Part shown: one piece after another, positions 61,817 to 64,000 of the stretch
Layout of the letters: each line of letters opens with the position of its first letter
Position numbering within the stretch: position 1 is the stretch's first letter
Assembly: GCF_009914755.1 (NCBI RefSeq)
Contig: NC_060932.1
Reading direction: 5' to 3' (one strand)
Source: the human T2T-CHM13v2.0 reference genome, Homo sapiens
DNA length: 64,000 nucleotides
The notes under the pieces: model-generated
Seen by the model: the letters and a program-made list of their open reading frames with translations, nothing else
Database searches by the model: none
What the model was told of the DNA's origin: nothing
Position numbers and translations under genes: made by a program

Positions 61817-63385
61817 TTTTTTAGTTTTTATTTCAGATTCAGGAGTACAGGTGCAGGTTTGTCATATAGGTAAATTGTTTGTTACAGAGGTTGGTGTACA
61901 GATTATTTCATCATGCAGGTCACAAGCATAATACCCAAAAGGTAGTTTTTGAATCCTCTCCCGCTTTCTACCCACCAACCTCGAGTAGACCCTGGTGTCT
62001 GTTGTCTCTCTCTTTGTGTCCATGTGTTCTCATCATTTATCTCCCACTTGTAAGTTATGAAGTGCAGTATTTGGTTTTCTTTACCTATGTTACTTTGCTT
62101 AGGATAATGGCATCCAGCTACATTCATGTTGCTGCAGAGAACATCATCTCATTCTTTTTTATTGCTGCTTAGTATTGTGTGGTGTATATGTACCACATTT
62201 TCTTTATCCAGTCTACCATTGATGGGCATTTGCTATTGTGAATAGTGCTAAGATGAACAAACACATGCATATTTTTTATGGTAAGATGGTTTATATTCCT
62301 TTGATTACATATTCCATAATTAGATTGTTTATCAAATGGTAATTCTGTTTCAAGTTCTTTGAGGAATCACCACACTGCTTTATACAATGGCTGAACTCAT
62401 TGGCATTTCCACCAGCAGAGTATAAGCATTCTCTTTTCTCTGCAACCTCACCAACATTGGTTATTTTTGACTTTTTAATAATAGCCATTCTGACTGGTGT
62501 GAGATGGTATCTCACTGTGGGTTTGATTTTCATTTCTCTAGTGATCAGTGACATTGGGCTTTTTTTCATATGCTTTTTGGCTACATGTATGTATTCTTTT
62601 GAAAAGTGTCTGCTCGTGTTGTTTGCCCACTTTTTAATGGGTTGTTTTTGCTCCTTAATTTATTTAAGTTCTTTATAGATGCTGGGTATTAGACCTTTGA
62701 CAGATGCATAGTTTACAAATATTTTCTCACAATCTGTAGGCTGTTTATTTACACTGTTGAGAGTTTCTTTTCCTCTATAAAAACTCTTTAGTTTAATTAG
62801 GTCCCACTTGTCTGTTTTTGTTTTTGTTGCAATTGCTTTTGTCACCTTCATTATGAAATTTTTTGCCAGATCCTATATCCAGATTGGTATTTCCTAGGTT
62901 ATCTTTCAGGGTTTTTATGGTTTTAGGTTTTACACTTTAATGCTTCTTGAGTTGACTATTGAATATGGAGAAAGGAAGGGGTCCAGTTTCAATCTTCTGC
63001 ATATGGCTCGCCAGTTATCTCAGTATCATTTATTGAATAGACATTCCTTTTTTCATTGCTTATTATTGTTGACTCTGTTGAAGATCAGATGATTGCAGGA
63101 GTGCGACATTATTTCTGGGCTCTTTATTTTCTTTCATTGGTCATTGTGTCTGTTTTTTTACCAGTATTATGTTGTTTTAGTTACAGTAGCTTTCTGGTAT
63201 AGTTTGAAGTTGGGTAATGTGATGCCTCCAGCTTCGTTCTCTTGCTTAGGATTCCTTGGTTATTTGGGCTCTGTTTTGGTTCCATATGAATTTTACAATC
63301 ATTTTTTTCTAATTCTGTGAAGAATATCATAGTTTAATAGGAATAACGTTGAATTTGTAAATTGCCTTTAGCGGTATCACCTAAA
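61817..63385 (-). mobile_element. L1PA15-16/L1PB-type 5'-truncated copy
   Basis: Degenerate ORF2 C-terminal peptides in the ORF track (62660..62851 [10 protein letters not shown], 62291..62569 [12 protein letters not shown]); degenerate TSD TGGTTAAYAWTTTC at 61803-61816 and 63386-63399. Confidence 0.88.
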
Positions 63386-63399
63386 TGGTTAATATTTTC

Positions 63400-64000
63400 A
63401 ATGAGTACTTTACAAAAAAAGGATATTCAAAACATCAAACAAGAAATGTAGACAACATCAATAGTTATCAAAGACATTAAAACTGCAATGTTATAGCAAT
63501 AACGATCCACTAAAATAGCTGAAATTTAAAAAGCTGACAATACCAAGCACGGTGAGAATGTGAAGCAACTGAAAACATCATACACTGATAATGGGAATGT
63601 AAAATGATGCATCACACACAGCCATTCTAGAAAACTATTTGTTATTATGCAACAGATTGAATATTTAATAGCCAAGTAATTTCCCTTTCAAGTATATACC
63701 CAACTGAACTGAGTACATGTGTGGACAAAAAGCATACACAAGAATATTTATAGCAGCATTGTTTTTAATAGTCTAAAACTATAAAGAAGCCAATTGTTCA
63801 TTTATAGTAAAATAGATAAATAATGGATGTGATGTGCGTAAGATGGAATACCATATAACTGAATATCTTCAAGCTATTACCAGATATAATAAATAACACT
63901 GGTCAATCTCACAAATATAATTCTGTGTGAAATAATTCAGACACAAATGAAAATATAGTGTATGATTCCATTTACATGAAAACTAAAAACTTGAAAAATT
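63400..64000 (+). mobile_element. Ancient L1M 3' region
   Basis: TGGGAATGTAAAATGATGCA, CACAAGAATATTTATAGCAGC, GTATGATTCCATTTACATGAAA motifs. Confidence 0.7.

Noticed and set aside
62291-62851. ORF2-like peptides (also 5874..6068, 42674..42856)
   Set aside because: Frameshifted remnants of old truncated L1 copies, not functional CDS.

Overview
AT-rich, repeat-dense human genomic DNA with no recognisable host protein-coding exon. The dominant feature is a full-length, apparently intact LINE-1 of the human-specific L1HS Ta-1d subfamily (about 21468-27541, + strand). It has a complete 5'UTR, antisense ORF0, intact ORF1 (338 aa) and ORF2 (1275 aa), a pure 51-nt poly(A) tail and a perfect 18-bp target-site duplication (TSD). 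It sits immediately next to an unexplained 47-nt poly(T) tract. The rest of the window is a layered record of older retroelements: several Alus with TSDs, three twin-primed (5'-inverted) L1PA copies, an internal L1 fragment with no tail, a near-full LTR12 (ERV9) solo LTR, MaLR/ERV1/ERVL LTRs, and L2, MIR and L1M remnants. I found no convincing previously undescribed biological system. The best leads are the probably retrotransposition-competent L1, its poly(T) flank, and two neighbouring L1PA segments sharing private variants. Subfamily names for old repeats come from recalled consensus sequences and need RepeatMasker/Dfam confirmation.
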